Shown: one piece after another, positions 58,201 through 60,489 of the stretch
Position numbering within the stretch: position 1 is the first letter of the stretch
How the letters are laid out: each line of letters starts with the position of its first letter
Assembly (NCBI GenBank): GCA_017560905.1
Contig: JAFZEA010000008.1
Span: forward strand, 1 to 60,489
DNA: 60,489 nucleotides
Reading direction: 5' to 3'
From: Clostridia bacterium
Lineage (GTDB): Bacteria; Bacillota; Clostridia; Oscillospirales; QAKW01
Position numbers and translations under genes: made by a program
The notes under the pieces: generated by a model
Database searches by the model: none
Told to the model about the DNA's origin: nothing
Seen by the model: the letters and a program-made list of their open reading frames with translations, nothing else

Positions 58201-59757
58201 GGAAAGATCTATCAGCCCGGTGGATCCTACGACCCAAATGTCAAATACAGGTTTTTTATCGGCGGATGCAACAATGGTGTTGCCCGTAATGGTGAGAGGG
58301 GCACCGTCAGCAAAATAGCCGTTGCCAGTATCGACGAAGCCAACCTCTGAGCGAGAGGTAACTTCTACAGCCTCAGCATAGTTGTTCTCAATGTTAACGC
58401 CAACTTTTATAGGATTACTCGCTTTGGAACCTTGCCGATAAGCACAGAAGTAGTATGTATAACCGCGGACAAAGTTGTCCTCAATGGTGATCTGTGCATC
58501 GGAGTAAGCACTGAACTGCGCATTGTGAATACCAAAAACGTTGCTCACAGCCTCATAGTCGAAGGTACAGTTCCGGACTACAGCGTTGAAGTCATTTCTG
58601 TAATCGCCGAGGAATGCAATATCACTCACCGCAGCAGCGGAGGGCGCGAAGTCGAGTTCAAGACCATTAGCACCTGCGCCGATGGAGTTGATGTTGTTAA
58701 TAACAACGTTCTCCATCAGAATATCGTTACCCTGCAGAATGTTCTCGCTAGCGATTTCGGTCTCCTCCACGTTACTACCGTCCATATAAGAGTTGGTCAG
58801 ATGGAACACGGTGACAACGCGGTTTGTATTATTGTTGCCACCGATGCTAAACATTACGTCGTTGTCAATGTTGTCGAGACTGAAATAAACATTATTCATA
58901 TACATGGCGCTAAGGTATGTGTAACTTTTGTTCGTCACAACGTCCTGATGCAGCTTGGCTTCGCCACTCAGAGCAATACCATCCATACGCCATACTCCAT
59001 CCAGCGGGAGCCGGATGGTATCAGTAAATACCATTTCGGTTTCGGGATCGGCACTTCTGTCGTTCATCAGGGTGGTATCACCTACGACACCGGCAGAGGG
59101 GCTTACACCTGCCTGAGGACCAAAGAAGTTTACGTTGGTGCAATCAGCCTGTGTACAATCGGGTGTGTCAACCCCTGCGGGCCAATTATAGTCGGTTTCC
59201 TTAGCACTAGTGCTGGTAGCATGGGTCATCTCGCCGGGGAACAGCAGGACATACCAGTTGTCGGGAGTAGAATGACGGATATCCTCCATCATATCGGCCC
59301 AACCGGTATAAGTGCCGGCGTCGGTCACCACATTACCACCTAAATCGGTGGTGTCAGCGTACTGCTCGGCACCGTGAGCGTTTACACCCCACTGCAAGAG
59401 GTAAACGTCGCCGTTACCCCAAGTCTCGCCGTCGCCGTACTCGGCGAGGAAGTAGTCGCCTTCAGCGTAGCCAAGGTCCTCAGTCCAGTTAAGGTTGAAG
59501 GCCTTGAAATTTTCGCCGGGCAGACGAATGGTCTTGCCGGCATACTCAGATACATCGAATCCTGTTCCATCTTCCAGCTCGATATAGCCGTCTTCAGGAA
59601 CTATAACTGTGGTAGCAGCATTCAGCTCTTCGTATGCTGCTGTTCTGTCAACAGCAGTTTCTGCTGCCGACACGGGAAGAACGATACCGGTAAGCATACC
59701 TACACACATCAGTACGCTCAGCAGCAGGCTCAACCCACGTTTGAAGCTTTGTCTCAT
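52276..59757 (-). CDS. Giant secreted protein (2493 aa) with four repeated probable beta-helix modules
   Basis: Sec signal peptide (..PVSA/AE), AAGGAG RBS, repeated GPQAGV..R....E.VF modules followed by Asn-rich I.NN.F turns; no SLH or LPxTG anchor seen. Confidence 0.85.
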   Translation of the reverse strand: MRQSFKRGLSLLLSVLMCVGMLTGIVLPVSAAETAVDRTAAYEELNAATTVIVPEDGYIELEDGTGFDVSEYAGKTIRLPGENFKAFNLNWTEDLGYAEGDYFLAEYGDGETWGNGDVYLLQWGVNAHGAEQYADTTDLGGNVVTDAGTYTGWADMMEDIRHSTPDNWYVLLFPGEMTHATSTSAKETDYNWPAGVDTPDCTQADCTNVNFFGPQAGVSPSAGVVGDTTLMNDRSADPETEMVFTDTIRLPLDGVWRMDGIALSGEAKLHQDVVTNKSYTYLSAMYMNNVYFSLDNIDNDVMFSIGGNNNTNRVVTVFHLTNSYMDGSNVEETEIASENILQGNDILMENVVINNINSIGAGANGLELDFAPSAAAVSDIAFLGDYRNDFNAVVRNCTFDYEAVSNVFGIHNAQFSAYSDAQITIEDNFVRGYTYYFCAYRQGSKASNPIKVGVNIENNYAEAVEVTSRSEVGFVDTGNGYFADGAPLTITGNTIVASADKKPVFDIWVVGSTGLIDLSANLFMSHDGQIRMPRTNELALRPTSKPSVLNDVYASDNKDAGVFDLFTVQETTQDLLVLNSLIVPVLDGYNTYYIEKFGTETVGSITVLPEDGVTYNTEDLFVFKDEGVEYLGVFSDPACTDSVATIEKGFSADGPLYVKAQYEAGNTHAIVVYSLNEPTKYLIVDPTGVGTYTFNGDTYTADNADFYVSMAKAYEAVDVPHIENALDTDPAFLEEVILLMPGTHTTTLNVKDSVAIVGPKFGVDPTVEGSADLSADRSVDPATEAIIGKIVLDTEWSTYTFLTLSGLTANQEGGVTHTIVVDGRYGNQRHSRLNMADMYIKSSGHNLISAPKTDPEYKDYGANNCPIYVNDSYFTDSSKVNYNMYVQATYIRFKDCTIANINPKKSGVSYYPIDPAGMSVPSLTIGWFMEGCYIDGTSTAKPWFTGAYKDIPNGDLLAKGHQLYFVGNTFNNWDGAYIIQTSTNQETPDNSVGITFKNNVVKSENFADTWVIGEANNGAKHKVRDVSGNKLYNYPWPWNFKPDSNVNVDNNFYSVNNELYVLNTNDEFYGSGFEKSSIYWTDENGTETIDMSKFNLRKGEFEEIVLDKAYGDLDEFEATITAAGGRQYNVATAFAANGGTIGEITLDSNGGTLANGVYSAVSGDVLTVPVTYKGYTVTWTVDVYSSNPWENNGLGYVAGETYIDITTSALYEGRANANEGVFVAVAPDWTTFAYTDEALTDPINRATHPELMEATAPTADGDFLEMQEGTKFYAKMPTTGIVYKFTYGVTAINMYRANTSGASTVLVFPGVYNMKTGYSNEGLYASGGNSSNFGIARPGVATDKVVVLGPQAGVAAADTATGAALRDITDTANEAVFSISFYIMNGILDDNDEVIIDGIAGTGAVNFGTHHDTNASYVYSNNNTATFTFENCLIVDYKVASASNGLFSFRAQSGSVGTDITKNTAKMHMILNINSTYLQADPTDTTWVNLGKVNTDEIHIDDSAIIINKNDRTEDLVGFYINPTTGYNNASKHDISYTCENSYLNMPSNYLYGVYHDGTENITAETRNKIEITFNNNKAVDCGIDPAAGNNTRDPLYSSFSAGAENMAITEITFTNNEVTASSYPTASDFGGVIDAGSGEYRSVDISGNVFVGYGVKSVLFGGMSANVDVSDNIYKDLDGTFIAPKLGKVTMSDVILSDDFSIRASDYRPIKYVTADPLSFDNDGTEVYSDISDGNIALIDYTDDLTVSEINEKTEFGSDNAYIYSFANMDGSVVSETIQPGDIFKMVVAHKNLNRTVTYTVGVAGQLRGSVNVNETPLAGKQFFDPAVKNHFDGLNYAKTVNINGADTLVNFVVGENIFGTIAAVPVVDNERHIYLFAKEYAGVSESIGDSTSSGIHNIFYGAQSGISAVADTNVDGVADAMNPARADLSKETVFYNVSLNIDYQNSVTIDGVTFAGESVVTDTGTARTGVVDKFILINCSTDLARPIEQHEENGQPFGFKTTVRSEAEIHDNYLVMTADSVGHMFVGRHIEDMVMTNNYVEVGAAASAVYVSPASSDGTSNIENDFGVVVSGNSIVGGAVNLADLNTTTPVVLNASIDNNHIVATEGDLYGIIVDTVAATNMEGSVISITNNTLETAEGCETVNGFLRIAGLADVVTILGNTFINTDTAPVKYAIINETDVAIVAAGNIFDGFRQTYGLTEHDGTGIAVRANGSAVPVVLTDGDVTSTIIYPDGTSYKANEDNSDQFSIIDAPLSGSSVADTENLLITDISTASDYYKFNTAKGMMIRAAVVDGENTVYYYNGFPLTGETTTVTAVLTQGDGTVIGDTYTVTIVRAPIGVDILDENCRVEDETGAGYTKPFSTYWEGRIVSTNGNDISDLLAKTNFKITDYGMFYGNTAEAVTDEACAAYVATGDSKTVATYSIGGKTVGQKESYENNATGLDSVNLIYSLRMHNVGYGVSRYGRMYLTYEVSGVSHTVYSDVVTLVSEAE

Positions 59758-59884
59758 TAGTAGTCATCTCCTTTTTATTTTTTTAGACTATGCTACATAG
59801 CGTATTTTAACATAAAAAATTCATAAAATCAATAGATTTCAGCACTTTTTACTAATTCATTTACCATTTTCGTCATTTTAAACA

Positions 59885-59918
59885 AAAACCACCGATGGTT
59901 TTTGCCATCGGTGGTTTC
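59885..59918 (-). terminator. Intrinsic terminator after the SLH gene
   Basis: AAACCACCGATGG-loop-CCATCGGTGGTTT. Confidence 0.8.
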
Positions 59919-59931
59919 TTCACATTATATA

Positions 59932-60489
59932 TTAGAGGTACAATTTTGCAAAATTAAGAATGATGGTGGCGACCTCCGCGCGAGTTGCCTGCTTTTTGGG
60001 TTCAAAGCGATAAGTACCGTCACCGTTGGAGATGCCGCTGACAATGCCGCAGACCTGACAATCGGCAACATAGTTTCTGGCCCAGGAGGAGATACTGTTT
60101 TGGTCAGTGAAATCAATGGCCGTGCTAATTACACGGAAATCCACATCGGCATAGTAGCCATACTCCAGAATCATTTTGCTGATCTGTTCACGGGTTACAT
60201 TGGCATCGGGCTCAAAGGTAGTAGCGGAAGTGCCGCTGACAATACCGGCCTTGAAGGCCCAGTTGATATACTTGGTGTAATATTGGTCACCGACATCGGT
60301 AAAGTGTGTTTTGTTGCTGTACTTAGAGGTATCTACACCGTGCAATCTGCCCAGTACCGTAACCATCATTCCGCGAGTCATCGGTGCGTTGGGACCAAAG
60401 GCGGTGTCACTCACACCGACAAAAAACTTGCTGTTGTATACATAATCAATAGCACCGTTTTTGCAGAACCAGTCCGAACGGGAGATATC
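59932..60489 (-). CDS. SLH-domain protein, C-terminal part (runs off window end)
   Basis: Open frame to the edge: DISRSDWFCKNGAIDYVY...MTRGMMVTVLGRL, VTREQI, ATRAEVATI; paralogous to the SLH block of 45658-47322. Confidence 0.9.
   Translation of the reverse strand, partial: DISRSDWFCKNGAIDYVYNSKFFVGVSDTAFGPNAPMTRGMMVTVLGRLHGVDTSKYSNKTHFTDVGDQYYTKYINWAFKAGIVSGTSATTFEPDANVTREQISKMILEYGYYADVDFRVISTAIDFTDQNSISSWARNYVADCQVCGIVSGISNGDGTYRFEPKKQATRAEVATIILNFAKLYL

Overview
Chromosomal segment of a Clostridia-type firmicute, inferred from SLH-domain proteins, sigmaA promoters and the gene order. It is mostly housekeeping genes: ppdK (partial), alr, ldh, citrate synthase, metG, tatD, prmC, the rimP-nusA-ylxR-L7Ae-infB-rbfA-nrnA-truB-ribF operon, and tRNA-Thr/tRNA-Tyr. 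Cell-surface proteins include a 2493-aa secreted protein with four repeated modules. No CRISPR array, integrase or transposase is visible. The most unusual signals are outside annotated genes. (1) Three ~190-bp elements share one architecture (short motif plus variable hairpin repeated 4-5 times, then the reverse-complement motif plus hairpins) but use different motifs; one abuts a four-helix-bundle gene next to tRNA-Tyr. (2) A ~480-nt promoter-to-terminator unit lacks a convincing ORF and shows nested long-range pairing (candidate large ncRNA). (3) A 38-aa YxxP peptide is coupled to the giant protein. (4) A tandem HTH/small-protein module is bounded by a 67-bp direct repeat. (5) Several pseudogenes have collapsed by internal deletion. 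All calls were made by eye; no searches were run.
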